Shown one piece after another: positions 41,401-51,091 of a DNA stretch of 64,000 nt; the stretch's first letter is position 1, and each line of letters opens with the position of its first letter. This DNA is from an uncultured Actinomycetes bacterium (GTDB taxonomy: Bacteria; Actinomycetota; Thermoleophilia; UBA2241), in NCBI GenBank assembly GCA_963709345.1, contig CAVPVX010000002.1:160001-224000 (forward strand), in the 5' to 3' direction. The notes beneath the pieces are model-generated. The model did not search any database and was not told the origin of the DNA. It saw nothing but the letters and a program-made list of their open reading frames with translations. A program made the position numbers and the translations under genes.

Positions 41401-41930
41401 CCTGCGCGCAGCAGTCGCGAGAGCCACCCCCGCACCTGCGACTCGGGAGCGTCGCCGGCGGCCAGCCCGGTCAGCCACTCCTCCCACAGACGAGCGCGCT
41501 CGATCTCCGAACCAAGTCCGTCGAGCTGCTCGAAGGCGGGGTCGATGCCGGCTTCCACCGGGAACTCGCGCAGCAGCCGCCCGGCAAAGCCGTGGATGGT
41601 GTGGATCGGCGCGTCGTCCAGAGCGCCGAGCGCCTCCGCGATAGCCAAGGCCTCCGGCGAACCATCTGCCGCACGCACGGCTCGCGACTCGAACTCCTCG
41701 CGAATGCGCTGGCGCAGCTCTCCCGCGGCCTTCTCGGTGAACGTGATCGCGGCCACCGTGCGGACGTCGCCGGTGCCTCGCTCCTGATCGAGAACGCAGC
41801 GCACGTAGCGGTCGACCAGCACCCGGGTCTTGCCGGTGCCGGCGCCGGCCTCGAGAAGGAACGTCGTCGCCAGATCGCCCGTGACGCGATCGCGTACGTC
41901 CTGATCGCAGACGATGCGTTCAGGAGCCAT
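38466..41930 (-). CDS. addA: AddA/RecB-like UvrD helicase with C-terminal PD-(D/E)xK nuclease
   Basis: AGAGTGKT, ITFTEKAA, TIHGF, VDEFQDTD, VGDPKQSIYRFR, NFR, TIHKAKGLEY, YVAATRARD, G.VDLL..VDYKT. Confidence 0.88.
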   Translation of the reverse strand: MAPERIVCDQDVRDRVTGDLATTFLLEAGAGTGKTRVLVDRYVRCVLDQERGTGDVRTVAAITFTEKAAGELRQRIREEFESRAVRAADGSPEALAIAEALGALDDAPIHTIHGFAGRLLREFPVEAGIDPAFEQLDGLGSEIERARLWEEWLTGLAAGDAPESQVRGWLSRLLRAGVGLGLVRELAVGPRGVFGERYDIDPVPDPPGEPDLTSGLSNLAAQLAQLREYCISACGDQSDRGFGAAMELVEAGERLPAGSPVDLDLLAAALLDLPAKTTKSAPGGAKGNWDPGRGGKEELQARYQAAVGVVIDLVDLYAEFLTGLAVAVADAFSRWAGRTQLALGRLDFTDLLGCLRDLLVGNRAARGALQGRFRYLLVDEFQDTDPLQAEIVFFLCEREPLASGWREVVLEPGKLFVVGDPKQSIYRFRRADIALYDEVKRHVGGQPGGTGVVTAISQNFRTTPAVVGWVNNVFATVFDADEEEGRQPGYQWVEPHRPLTDGPMVSVVLGQPYGSAAGAADAARRDEAAAVAALLLAMHGPDAERWTVQDRDAAGGPEIRRPPRWGDVALLFRATTGLETYEQALRAAGVPYRVDGGKAYFARREVDDALLCLRAIDDPSDGPALYGALHSTFFGFSDDDLFLFWAAGGRFDLFAAAQPEEHAGIIDALTMLRALHVRRVEAEPHEMAAELVRLARASECLAATGAGAAQAIANLEKLVDRARAFTRAGGGGLGAFLTWAAEAGDAADEQESRVDDEGDVIHLLTIHKAKGLEYPIVVLVGGALAGGGGGGEHIVDRVERRMAIKLKAALPGAADRDLEPRAYLALKEREKLMAASETRRLLYVAATRARDRLVVSLFGTLTNKDGTAKGVMLGPVADLLPLPTEIAEEYEDGGVLVLPPRDPPARPDSDEAPDAATLVAARGAWLEAREALLAEARTPVSATSPSGLEHVDETVRGGGPGAPPGRARALALGSAVHRLMELCDLDDESSIARHAPGVAQELEHPDLAERAAELARVCWRADPVRRAAAAADDLDGVHRELSVGVLVDDVIVSGAVDLLYRDGEEWVVVDYKTDRAADPEALLDRYRPQGAAYAVAVEAATGGVVREVIFIAAAGGGFAVHIPVDAELRALACREIGRVVDAGRAVCPDELAPG

Positions 41931-44900
41931 CGACGGCCCCCTTCTTAGGCGATCCCTGAAGGGCGACGACCGGCTCGAGCAACGGGTGCTCACGCTGGCG
42001 ATCGCGCGTCCAGGCGGAGACCCCACACGCGTAGCGGACGTCGCAGTAGTCACAACGGCCGCGCGTCGTGCGCGGGAACATGCCCTGGTCGACCAGGGAG
42101 ACCGCGCTGGCCACCAAGTCGCGAAGACGCTCGGCGACGGCGGCCTCCCCGTCGCGCAAAGCGAGGTCCTCAAATCCGCCACGACGTGTGACGAGCCGGT
42201 ACGCGCACTCGACAGCCGCCGGCTCCGTGGCGGCACCCGGCCACACACCCTGCCCGGCATCGGACCACAAGCGCTCTCCGGCCTGGCGAACAGCCAGCTG
42301 ATACACCGGTAGCTGCACGCTGAGCCCGTCCTTGATGCGGCTCTTCTCCGCGCCGCCGCGACCTGTCTTGTAGTCGATGACGCGGGCGCCGCCGCAAGTG
42401 ACGTCGATGCGGTCGAGGCGGCCGGCAAAGCGGACGACCCGCGTCTCGGAAAGCTCCAGGACGGTTGGCCTGTCGACAGACTCACCGAAGCTCCACTCCG
42501 CACCTACGGGACGACCGTCGCCGCGAGCGAAGACCGGATCGCGACGGACCGTCTCGAGCAGGTCTTCGCGCAGCATGTCGCGGCGGACCTCCCAGGAGAG
42601 GGTCGCCCCGGTGACTCCGCGGTGCTCGGCCTCGGCGCAACACGTCTCCCACGCGGCGGCGAGCGCGGCGAGCGCATCCGCAAGCTGCAGACCCTCTCCG
42701 ATGACGGTCTGGTAGGCACGCTGCAAGATGGCGTGCGCCAGGTTGCCGAACTCGCGCGGGTCCATCTCGAGGGCATCGTCGGGCTCGATGGGAGCATCGA
42801 GCCCCAGCACATCGCGCAGGAAGAAGGCGAACGGGCAGCTTATGTAGCGCTCGAGGCGCGTGGAATGCATCTCGGCATCGAAGGGATGGCGCGCGGCGAG
42901 CGCAGACCGGGCGTCGCGGCCGAGCAGGCCGTGCCAGGCGCCCGGCTCCAGGCTGCGCGAGGCGCGCCAGGCGCCGAGGCGACGTGCGGCCGCGGCAGGA
43001 TCGCCCAGCACGGCCGTGAGATACGCCTGGGCAGCGGTGCGGCGGCCGCGCTCCGAGAGCGCGAGCAGCGCGGCCGTGTCGCGCTCGCGTTGGTCCACCC
43101 AGACCACGTCGGCACCATGGATCGGTGCGCCACCGGCGTGGCGCCAGACCGGAAACAAGGGCACGCCACTCGAGAACTCGCTCAGCCCGACCGGACGGCC
43201 GAAGCTGAGAGAGGCCAGGCGCAGGAGCAGTCGAGACGGCAGGCGAGGTCGCCCCGTCGCCGAGTCGGTACGCGGCGCAAGCAGCACCAGCCTCTCTCGC
43301 GTCGCCTCACACGCGAACGCGAACAACAGCAAGGACTCGGCGTCCCGTTGTTCGGCGAGCGGAACCCGCATGCCCGTCGTCTCGGCCAGCCGGCGCCTCT
43401 CGCCGTCGCCGAGAATCGGATCGGGCCGGCCACGTGCAGGGAAGCCCCCCTCGGCGAGGCCCGTGAACACCACCGTGTGAAAGCTGAGCCCGCGCATCTG
43501 CAGAGGCGTGAGCACCGCGACCCCGTCGCGCCCCACACGCCCCATGGGGACGCTCTCCCCGGACATGAGCTCGCGGAGCACGACCACCACATCGAGAGCG
43601 TCCACCTCCTCCTCGAGGACGTCCAGTGCGCGCAGCCGCCCGACGGCGTCACGAGCCGCCGCGCCCGCCACGGGCTCGAACAGTTGCTCGAAGAGCCGGG
43701 CAAGAGCCTCGGCCCATGCGCTCCAGGAGTCGCGGACCGGGAGGCCGTCGCAGGCGCGCGCGAGCGCGCCCACCCCGGCCTCCAGGCCGCGCGCCGCGCG
43801 CAGCCGCAGGCGCCTGGTCTCGACCCTCTCAGCTGCCTCCGGATCATCTGACTCCACCTCGGAGGAGCGAGCCTCGAGCTCCATGATCCGGCGCTCCAGC
43901 CCTCGCCGCCGCCGGCCCAGACGATCCGTCCACTGGTCGAGCCCGGCTACGACTCCCGCCTGCCGGGCCTCGTGCACCCAGAGCGCCGCGTCGCACGACT
44001 CCGCCGCCACCTTCCTCAACGGCGCCGCCACCAGCATGTTGACCACGGCACGCCGCGCGAACGACGGGCCCGCGAGAGGCGCCAGGCACTCCGCCAGCGC
44101 GAGCAGAAGGCGCGGACCCGCGGACCGATCCGCAACGCCGGCGGCGACGGGTAGCCCAGCCGCTAGAAGTGCCGAGGCCACACGCTCCACATCGTCGCCA
44201 TGGGGCACCACCACAGCGCACTCCCACAGCGACGCTCCTCCGACCGCCGCAGCAAGGACCTCCCGCACGGCCTCGCGGGTCTCGGCGCGTTCGTCCGATG
44301 CAGACACCACCTGCAGCGTGCCGTCGCCTCCCAGATCCAGGATGGGATCCGTGCCCTGCACAAGAGGGTCGCGCCAGAGGGCCGACACCCGATCGCGATC
44401 GTGTTGCCCCGGCGGTTCACCCAACCGGCGCTCCGAGAGGCCCGCCGAGACCGCTGCGGCGAGCATGGTCGCACTGCTTCTCGCCGCGCCCTGCGGCACC
44501 GGAACGTACACGTGCGCTCCATCAGCCAGAAGCGCCGAGACCAGCGCCTGCTGCGCCTGATTGAGGTCGTAAACACCAAACAGGATCGTCGTCTCGGGGG
44601 CGCGACCGCCCGCGACGGCGCGCGCGGCCACGAGGTGCGCCCCAGCCCCGTCAAGAAGTCCGCGCTCGTCCAGCGTGCGGCAGTAGCCACGGTACAGCCG
44701 ATCGAGATCCGTCGCCTTGGCGCAGACGCCGACCGCGGGACTACCGACGCCGCGTGCCTTTGCGCCGGCCGTGCCGGCCACGGCCTCCGCCCACGCTGAG
44801 CCCGGCTCGATGCAGGCCTCCCGCAGATCGGCGATCGTCGCCGCCACGGCCTGCGCGAAGTGCGGTCGCTCCAGAACTGGGGCGAAGTACTCCAGATGAC

Positions 44901-45225
44901 GGCCCTCGTCCGCGACGAGGCGCCGCACGAACCGCTCGCGGGCGATGCCCGTGAGCACGGCCGGCGGCGCCCCACGCTCGGCGGCCACCAGATCGGCGGC
45001 CAGCCCCGCCAGCGTGACCACGGTGACGTTGGCCACGGCGCCGAGCCGCCGCACCAGGAGGTCGCCGACCCGCGTGCGTGCCGCGCCCGAGCCGACGACG
45101 ATGGTGAGCGGCGCGAGAGGACGGCCGCGCCGGAGCTCGTGCACGTGCTCGCAGAGCGCGTCCTCGAGCTCCCTGAAGCGGCCGCTGATCAGCAGCCCGT
45201 GATGTGCGTCGCCCCCGCCGGTCAT
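41920..45225 (-). CDS. addB: AddB-like PD-(D/E)xK nuclease subunit with Fe-S staple
   Basis: Inactive helicase-like N-terminus; LERY..CPF, GRLDRID, IDYKTG, QLPVY, C..C.....C; coupled to addA. Confidence 0.85.
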   Translation of the reverse strand: MTGGGDAHHGLLISGRFRELEDALCEHVHELRRGRPLAPLTIVVGSGAARTRVGDLLVRRLGAVANVTVVTLAGLAADLVAAERGAPPAVLTGIARERFVRRLVADEGRHLEYFAPVLERPHFAQAVAATIADLREACIEPGSAWAEAVAGTAGAKARGVGSPAVGVCAKATDLDRLYRGYCRTLDERGLLDGAGAHLVAARAVAGGRAPETTILFGVYDLNQAQQALVSALLADGAHVYVPVPQGAARSSATMLAAAVSAGLSERRLGEPPGQHDRDRVSALWRDPLVQGTDPILDLGGDGTLQVVSASDERAETREAVREVLAAAVGGASLWECAVVVPHGDDVERVASALLAAGLPVAAGVADRSAGPRLLLALAECLAPLAGPSFARRAVVNMLVAAPLRKVAAESCDAALWVHEARQAGVVAGLDQWTDRLGRRRRGLERRIMELEARSSEVESDDPEAAERVETRRLRLRAARGLEAGVGALARACDGLPVRDSWSAWAEALARLFEQLFEPVAGAAARDAVGRLRALDVLEEEVDALDVVVVLRELMSGESVPMGRVGRDGVAVLTPLQMRGLSFHTVVFTGLAEGGFPARGRPDPILGDGERRRLAETTGMRVPLAEQRDAESLLLFAFACEATRERLVLLAPRTDSATGRPRLPSRLLLRLASLSFGRPVGLSEFSSGVPLFPVWRHAGGAPIHGADVVWVDQRERDTAALLALSERGRRTAAQAYLTAVLGDPAAAARRLGAWRASRSLEPGAWHGLLGRDARSALAARHPFDAEMHSTRLERYISCPFAFFLRDVLGLDAPIEPDDALEMDPREFGNLAHAILQRAYQTVIGEGLQLADALAALAAAWETCCAEAEHRGVTGATLSWEVRRDMLREDLLETVRRDPVFARGDGRPVGAEWSFGESVDRPTVLELSETRVVRFAGRLDRIDVTCGGARVIDYKTGRGGAEKSRIKDGLSVQLPVYQLAVRQAGERLWSDAGQGVWPGAATEPAAVECAYRLVTRRGGFEDLALRDGEAAVAERLRDLVASAVSLVDQGMFPRTTRGRCDYCDVRYACGVSAWTRDRQREHPLLEPVVALQGSPKKGAVDGS

Positions 45226-45321
45226 GGTCGTGGCGAGAGTATCACGCGGCTCAGACGGAGCGCCCGGCCGCTCGGCGGCCCTGCGGCGTCGGCTCGCTGC
45301 CGCCGCCTCCGGCACTCTCGC

Positions 45322-45837
45322 TCAGGTGAGATCAACCACGAGATCCGCGTGCTCGGGGTACGTCGCCAGGAGCGCTTCGCGCTCGCCCAACTCGAAGTCG
45401 TCGTAGAGGAAGCCCGGGCTCACGATGCACGTAACGAGTGCCCAGGCGCGAGAGGCCGGCAGGTGCGGGCCGCCCGCAAGGCGGGCGCCCTGCCAACTGC
45501 CGGCCGGCACCAGCACCTGCGGGGACCATGCCTCGTCGCCCAGTCCCGGCTCTTCCACCCCGCCGAGGACGTGTCGCTTCGCCGCGCCGGCCTGATCCAG
45601 GGTGACCAACTCCAGAGGCAGACCGGCCTGGAACACCCACAGCTCGTCGCTGCACAGCCTGTGCAGCCGGCTCACTGCCGAGCCCGTGACCATGAACAGG
45701 ATCGCGGTACTCGCGGGTCGCTCGCCGCGCGCCGCGTCGACCTTGTGCCCGGCGCGATAGGTCTCGCGGAAGAAGCCGCCCTCCGGGTGCGGAGCGAGGC
45801 GCAGAGCTGCGGCGATCTCGGTGGCGGACGGTCTCAC
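45322..45837 (-). CDS. Cupin_5/DUF985 protein
   Basis: L.L.PHPEGGFFRETY, STAI.F, S.LHRL.SDE.W.F..G.PL, LVTC.VSPGF...DFE. Confidence 0.88.
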   Translation of the reverse strand: MRPSATEIAAALRLAPHPEGGFFRETYRAGHKVDAARGERPASTAILFMVTGSAVSRLHRLCSDELWVFQAGLPLELVTLDQAGAAKRHVLGGVEEPGLGDEAWSPQVLVPAGSWQGARLAGGPHLPASRAWALVTCIVSPGFLYDDFELGEREALLATYPEHADLVVDLT

Positions 45838-45961
45838 GAGGTGAGCATACCCGCCCGAGCCGGCCCCGCCGAGGCCGAAGACCATCGGCGGGGCCGGCGC
45901 ACCCGTGCGTGACAGCATGGATCGTGCGCCGCACCGCTCACCGGGCGGCCCATCTTCTCCC

Positions 45962-46981
45962 ATGACGACTCCCGCCTCGACTCCCCACACACCCGCTCCC
46001 GCCCGCACCGCGAGACGCCGCGGGACGGTCGCCCTCGGCCTGCTCTGTCTCGTACTGGTCGGCGTCGTCGCGGTGGTGCTGGTCAATCGCGGCAGCGACT
46101 CACCCGCCGCGGCCAAGCCGCCCTTCGTGCGCACCGACCGCGCCGTCAAGGCGGAGATGCTCGAGAACCTCGAGAAGCCGCCTCGTCTGCTCCTCTTCGG
46201 CGGCTCCCGCGCCACGCGGTTCGAACCCTCCTACCTCGAGCGGCTCACCGGCCTCCGCGGCTTCAATCTTGCCCTGCAGAACGGCCGCCCCGAGGACGCC
46301 TGGGCCTTCACCAACTTCATCCGCACGCTCGACCCCGACGCCAGATTGCGGGTCGTGTGGTTCGAGCACGTCGAGGCGTTCCGCGAGCAGGGCCTCTCCG
46401 CCGGGCTGGTGCAAGACCCCGATCTGGCACGCTGGTTCCCGCCCGACCTCGTCGCCCGAGAGCGCCGCAAGTTGCCCAGGACGGCCGCGGAGGCTCCCAA
46501 GGGCCGTGACCTGGCTCTCACGGAGTACAGCCCCGACGGCGCCGTCACGCGCAACCGGTACGACCTTGCCATGGAACGGGGTCGCACACTCAAGCGTGGA
46601 GTCGATCTTTCCATCGCCCAGGCGCTGGAGCGCTACGGCACGACGACTCCGGCGCTCTTCCCCCGGTCGCAGCGCTACTTCGAGAAGACGGTCCGGCTGT
46701 TCAACGACATGGGAGCGACTCCCGTCATCGTGTTCATGCCGCTCCACCCTCGCCTGCTGGCCGCGGTGCACCCCGCAGGTTTCGACGAGCGCCGCCGCAC
46801 GGTGATGGCCTACCTGCGTCGCCTGCAGAAGTCCCTCGACTTCACGGTACTGGACCTCACCGAGCTCTCGACCTTCGGCGGCGACCCCAGAGGCTTCTAC
46901 GACGGCTTTCACATCCGGCGGGCCAACGCGAGGCTGATGCTGGACGAGATCGTGAAGCGGGCGCCCGGCGCCTTCAAGTAG
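45962..46981 (+). CDS. Membrane-anchored SGNH-like hypothetical protein
   Basis: N-terminal TM; FGGSRA, FNLAL, C-terminal FYDGFH (DxxH). Confidence 0.65.
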   Translation: MTTPASTPHTPAPARTARRRGTVALGLLCLVLVGVVAVVLVNRGSDSPAAAKPPFVRTDRAVKAEMLENLEKPPRLLLFGGSRATRFEPSYLERLTGLRGFNLALQNGRPEDAWAFTNFIRTLDPDARLRVVWFEHVEAFREQGLSAGLVQDPDLARWFPPDLVARERRKLPRTAAEAPKGRDLALTEYSPDGAVTRNRYDLAMERGRTLKRGVDLSIAQALERYGTTTPALFPRSQRYFEKTVRLFNDMGATPVIVFMPLHPRLLAAVHPAGFDERRRTVMAYLRRLQKSLDFTVLDLTELSTFGGDPRGFYDGFHIRRANARLMLDEIVKRAPGAFK

Positions 46982-47011
46982 AGGCGGGGCGCAGCGCGGA
47001 CGCCAGGCAAT

Positions 47012-47049
47012 GGAAAGGCCCCTCCTCCAGCTGGAAAGAGGGGCCTTTC
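47012..47049. terminator. Bidirectional terminator at the rnpB 3' end
   Basis: GAAAGGCCCCTC...GAGGGGCCTTTC. Confidence 0.8.
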
Positions 47050-47438
47050 GGTAGCAAGCCGTAAGCCGGATCCTGTCGTGGGTGACCATCCATCTGGGAC
47101 TGCCCGTTGCCGGCGCCTCGTGCGACCGAAACCCGGGAGCCTCGGGCGAGCAACCCTCAAGCGCTCCCCTATTTGGTCTTGCACCGGGCGGGGCTTGCCG
47201 AGCCGGCCTGTCACCAGGACCGCTGGTGAGCTCTTACCTCACCGTTTCACCCTTACCCGCACCCCTCGAAAGGGGCCGCTGGCGGTCTGCTCTCTGTTGC
47301 GCTTTCCCTCGGGTTTCCCCGGCTGGCCGTTGAGCCAGCGCCCTGCTCTGCGGTGTCCGGACTTTCCTCGACGGGGAGCCTCACGCGCTGCGAACAGACA
47401 CGCGACGCGACCCCACCGCGGCCACCTGGCTTGCCTCC
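47050..47438 (-). ncRNA. rnpB: RNase P RNA (type A)
   Basis: GAGGAAAGTCCGG, GGGTGAAACGGTGAGGTAAGAGC, ACAGGATCCGGCTTAC conserved regions; P1 GGCAAGCC/GGCTTGC; TACACT -10 just upstream. Confidence 0.95.
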
Positions 47439-47469
47439 TGAGTGTACCATCCGGGCGCGTGTGCCAGAC

Positions 47470-47600
47470 GTCAGCCTCGAAGAGCACGACACCCGACAGA
47501 CCGCGGAGGTCCGCGTCCGCAGTGACGGGCTCGCACGGCCGCAGGCGAGCCGTTGCGTAGATCATCGCGTGCGCCATGAGGGGACCTCCTGTTCGATCTC
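47470..47600 (-). pseudogene. PIN/VapC toxin C-terminal remnant
   Basis: LMAHAMIYATARLRPCEPVTADADLRGLSGV resembles the PIN tail L.MAD..IYATA....LVT.D.DF.GL.GV. Confidence 0.55.
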
Positions 47601-47680
47601 CTCGATCACACGAGACCGCTATCGATGCTTCAACGGCATGACGCCAGTGAGTTCGATTGATGGTCTCGGGCCGCTGCGAG

Positions 47681-48430
47681 CTACCCCCGCACGTCCGCGC
47701 TGAGCTCCGACGCCGCGGCCTCGTCGAGCAGCCATGTGAGCGCGCCGTGCACCGGCGAGACGCCCTGGGCCGGCACGGCCGTCGGCACACGCAGGCCCTC
47801 CAGCACTTCGGCCACCATGCCGGACTTCTCGGGGCCGGTCACCAGGAACCAGACCCGGCGCGCCGCGTTGATGACCGGCGCAGTCACGGTGAGCCGCGGC
47901 GAGCCGTCCGGAGCTTCCGTGGCGACACAGAACCGCTCCTCTTCAGCCAGCGCGTCGCTGTGCGGGAAGAGCGAGGCAGTGTGTCCCTCTCTCCCCAAGC
48001 CGAGCACCACGAGGTCGAACACCGGCACCTCGGCGCGCGGCCGCTCCTGGGCGGCGAGGCCGCGCAGCTCGGCGTCGTACGCCTCCGCGGCCACATCGGG
48101 CGCGTCCTCACCGCGCATCCGATGCACGTTGGCCTCGGCGATAGGAACGTGCTTGATGAAGGCGTCGCGCGCCATCGCATAGTTGCTCGCAGGGTCATCC
48201 GACGGCACGCAGCGCTCGTCACCCCAGTAGAGCTGCACGCGCCGCCACGGGATCTTCTGGCTGAACTGCTGGCGCGCCAGCAGGCGGTAGAGGGCGCGCG
48301 GCGTCTCACCCCCGCTGAGCGCGACGGCGAAGCGGCCGCGTGCCGCCGCAGCCTCCTGCGCCGCTGAGGCGAGCAGGTCGGCGGCCCGCAGCGCCACCGC
48401 TTCGGCGTCGGGAAGGATCTCAAGGCTCAT
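47681..48430 (-). CDS. pgl: 6-phosphogluconolactonase
   Basis: ALSGGETP, WGDERCV, SNY, LGLG..GHTASLFP, RLT.T. Confidence 0.94.
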   Translation of the reverse strand: MSLEILPDAEAVALRAADLLASAAQEAAAARGRFAVALSGGETPRALYRLLARQQFSQKIPWRRVQLYWGDERCVPSDDPASNYAMARDAFIKHVPIAEANVHRMRGEDAPDVAAEAYDAELRGLAAQERPRAEVPVFDLVVLGLGREGHTASLFPHSDALAEEERFCVATEAPDGSPRLTVTAPVINAARRVWFLVTGPEKSGMVAEVLEGLRVPTAVPAQGVSPVHGALTWLLDEAAASELSADVRG

Positions 48431-48494
48431 GTCGACCTCCTGGTCGTGTCGTCAGCTGATGGCAGGGACCGCCGGCGCCGGCGCTCACCGGCCG

Positions 48495-50150
48495 TCACGG
48501 CCGCCGCCAGGTGTGACCGTCGGCGGCGATCAACGCGTCCGCGGCCTCCGGTCCCCACGTGCCGGCGTCGTAGATGGGCAGCGGGCGGGACGGCGTCGGC
48601 CCCCAGGCATCGAGTACGGGCTGCATGATGCCCCAAGCCTGCTCGACCTGGTCGCCGCGCGTGAACAGCGTCATGTCGCCTTCCATCGCGTCGACCAGTA
48701 CCGTCTCGTACGCGCTGAAGGGCAGTTCGTTCAAGGCGCTCCCGTACGAGAAGTCCATGGCCACAGGCTGCAACGCAACCGCGTGGCCGGGGACCTTCGA
48801 CTCGATGCGGAGGCTGAAGCCCTCGCGCGGCTGCACGCGCAGCACGAGGGCGTTCGGCACCAGCCCGACGCCGGCACCGCCGCTGTCGCGGAACATCGTG
48901 ACCGGCGGTCGCTTGAACTGGATCGCGATCTCGCTGACCTTGCGCGCCATCCGCTTGCCGGTGCGCAAGTAGAACGGCACGCCGTGCCAGCGCCAGTTCT
49001 CCACCAGCAGCTTGATCGCGGCGTAGGTCTCCGTGTGAGAGCCGGGCGAGACACGTTCCTCTGAGCGAAAGGCCGGAACCGCTTCACCGTCGACGAGACC
49101 CTGGACGTACTGGCCGCGGACGGCGAAAGCCTCGACCTGATCGGAAGGGATCGGTCGCACGGAGCGCAGCAGCTTCATCTTCTCGTCGCGCACCGAGTCG
49201 GCCGCGAACGTCACCGGCGGCTCCATCGCCACCATCGTGAACAGCTGGATGAGGTGCGGCGTGATCATGTCGCGCAGCGCGCCGGCCTCCTCGTAGTAAG
49301 GACCTCGGTGCTCCACGCCGAGCGTCTCCGCCGCAGTGATCTGGACGTGGTCGACGAACTCGCGGTTCCAGATCGGCTCGAAGATGGCGTTGGCGAAGCG
49401 CAGCACGAGGAGGTTCTGCACGGTCTCCTTAGCCAGATAGTGGTCGATGCGGCACACCTGGCTCTCGTCGAACACCCCGGCGATGATGCGGTTGAGCTCG
49501 CCCGCCGTCGCGAGGTCGTGGCCGAACGGCTTCTCCACGACGAGGCGGGTCCACCCGGCGACGGGTTCGCCGCCGGCGTGGTCCGCGTCGGCGGCGCCGC
49601 GCCGCGCGAGACCCGCCGCGCCCAGCTGCCGGACGATCACCGGGAACTGGCTCGGCGGCGTCGCGAGGTAGAACATGCGATTGCCCTCGGTGCCCTGCTC
49701 CAGATCGAGACCGTCGAGCGTCTCGCCGAGACGGCGGAAGCCATCCGCATCGTCGAACCCGCCCTGGATGTAGCGCGGGGCGCGGAGCACCATGCTGCAG
49801 GCGGCGTCGGCGGCCTCCCGCTCCCCGTAGAACGCGTCGATGGAGTCGGTGACGAGCTGCGTGAATCCCTCGTCGCCCAGCGGCTTGCGCCCGTAGCCCA
49901 CCAGCGCCAGACGGCGCGGCAGCACGCCGTGACACGCGAGATCGTAGAGCGCGGGGATCAGCTTGCGATGCGCGAGATCCCCCGTCGCGCCGAAGATCAC
50001 GAGGCTGCAGGGCGGCAGCTCTCCGACGCCGCAGAAGGGCGACGCGGGCTCGGCGTCCGGCTGTCTGCCCGTCACGAGCAGGCCGTCGTCGTCGCCCCAG
50101 CCGCCGGCATCCTCGTAGCTCAGGTGGCCGGTGTCGCGGCTCACGCTCAC
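48495..50150 (-). CDS. zwf: Glucose-6-phosphate dehydrogenase
   Basis: GATGDLA, EKPFG, RIDHYLAKE, GALRDM...H, W.GVPFYLRTGK. Confidence 0.96.
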   Translation of the reverse strand: MSVSRDTGHLSYEDAGGWGDDDGLLVTGRQPDAEPASPFCGVGELPPCSLVIFGATGDLAHRKLIPALYDLACHGVLPRRLALVGYGRKPLGDEGFTQLVTDSIDAFYGEREAADAACSMVLRAPRYIQGGFDDADGFRRLGETLDGLDLEQGTEGNRMFYLATPPSQFPVIVRQLGAAGLARRGAADADHAGGEPVAGWTRLVVEKPFGHDLATAGELNRIIAGVFDESQVCRIDHYLAKETVQNLLVLRFANAIFEPIWNREFVDHVQITAAETLGVEHRGPYYEEAGALRDMITPHLIQLFTMVAMEPPVTFAADSVRDEKMKLLRSVRPIPSDQVEAFAVRGQYVQGLVDGEAVPAFRSEERVSPGSHTETYAAIKLLVENWRWHGVPFYLRTGKRMARKVSEIAIQFKRPPVTMFRDSGGAGVGLVPNALVLRVQPREGFSLRIESKVPGHAVALQPVAMDFSYGSALNELPFSAYETVLVDAMEGDMTLFTRGDQVEQAWGIMQPVLDAWGPTPSRPLPIYDAGTWGPEAADALIAADGHTWRRP

Positions 50151-51052
50151 TCCTTCTCCTGCACAGCGTGCCCTCCGAACTCGTTGCGCAGGGCCGCGAG
50201 CACCTTGCCGCTGAACGTGTCGGGCTGGCGGGAGCGGAAGCGCGCGAAAAGGGCCGCGCTGATGGCAGGCATGGGCACGGAGTGAGCGATCGCCTGCTCG
50301 ACGGTCCAGCGTCCCTCTCCGGTATCCTCCACGTACCCCGTGATGTGCTCGAGGCCCGGGTCCTTCTTCAGAGCGCCCGCGGCGAGTTCGAGGAGCCAGC
50401 TGCGGACGACGCTGCCCTGGTTCCAGAGGTCGGCGATGGAGGCGAGGTCCAGATCCCAGTCGGTCGCCTCGAGCAGCTCGAAGCCTTCGGCGTACACCTG
50501 CATCATGCCGTACTCGATACCGTTGTGGACCATCTTGACGAAGTGGCCGGATCCGTGGCCGCCAGTGTACTCGTAGCCGTGACCGGGCGGGGCCAGGGTC
50601 TTCAGGACGGGCTCGACATGATCGAAGGCTGAGCGCTCGCCCCCGACCATGAGGCAGTACCCTACCTCAAGCCCCCACACTCCGCCGCTCGTTCCCGCGT
50701 CGAGGTAGCGGATACCTTGCACGCTCAGGGCGGCGCCGCGCTCGATGTCGTGCTGGAAGGGGGAGTTGCCCCCGTCCACGAGGATGTCTCCCTCGGCGAG
50801 CAGCGGCGCCAGCTGGTCGATCGCCGCCTGGGTCGCGTCGCCGTAAGGGAGCATCAGCCAGATCACGCGCGGCGCGGGCAGCGCCGCGACGACGCCGACG
50901 AGATCGCGGATCGGCTCGGCGCCCTCCGCCCCCAGCTCTTCGGCTTTCGCGAACGTGCGGTTCCAAACGACCACCCGATGGCCGCCGCGCAGCAGGCGCC
51001 GCGCCATGTTGCCGCCCATGCGACCCAGCCCGACCATGGCAACGTCCATCAC
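50147..51052 (-). CDS. gnd: 6-phosphogluconate dehydrogenase (short, decarboxylating)
   Basis: GLGRMG, DGGNS, DAGTSGG.WG, GHFVKMVHNGIEYG, LRNEFGGH. Confidence 0.95.
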   Translation of the reverse strand: MMDVAMVGLGRMGGNMARRLLRGGHRVVVWNRTFAKAEELGAEGAEPIRDLVGVVAALPAPRVIWLMLPYGDATQAAIDQLAPLLAEGDILVDGGNSPFQHDIERGAALSVQGIRYLDAGTSGGVWGLEVGYCLMVGGERSAFDHVEPVLKTLAPPGHGYEYTGGHGSGHFVKMVHNGIEYGMMQVYAEGFELLEATDWDLDLASIADLWNQGSVVRSWLLELAAGALKKDPGLEHITGYVEDTGEGRWTVEQAIAHSVPMPAISAALFARFRSRQPDTFSGKVLAALRNEFGGHAVQEKE

Positions 51053-51091
51053 GACCTCCTCGTCCGGCCGGGCCCACCCGGCGCCGCGGAC

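Noticed and set aside
38466-45225. Helicase/nuclease pair as a novel defence system
   Set aside because: Motifs and gene order match housekeeping AddAB-type recombination enzymes.
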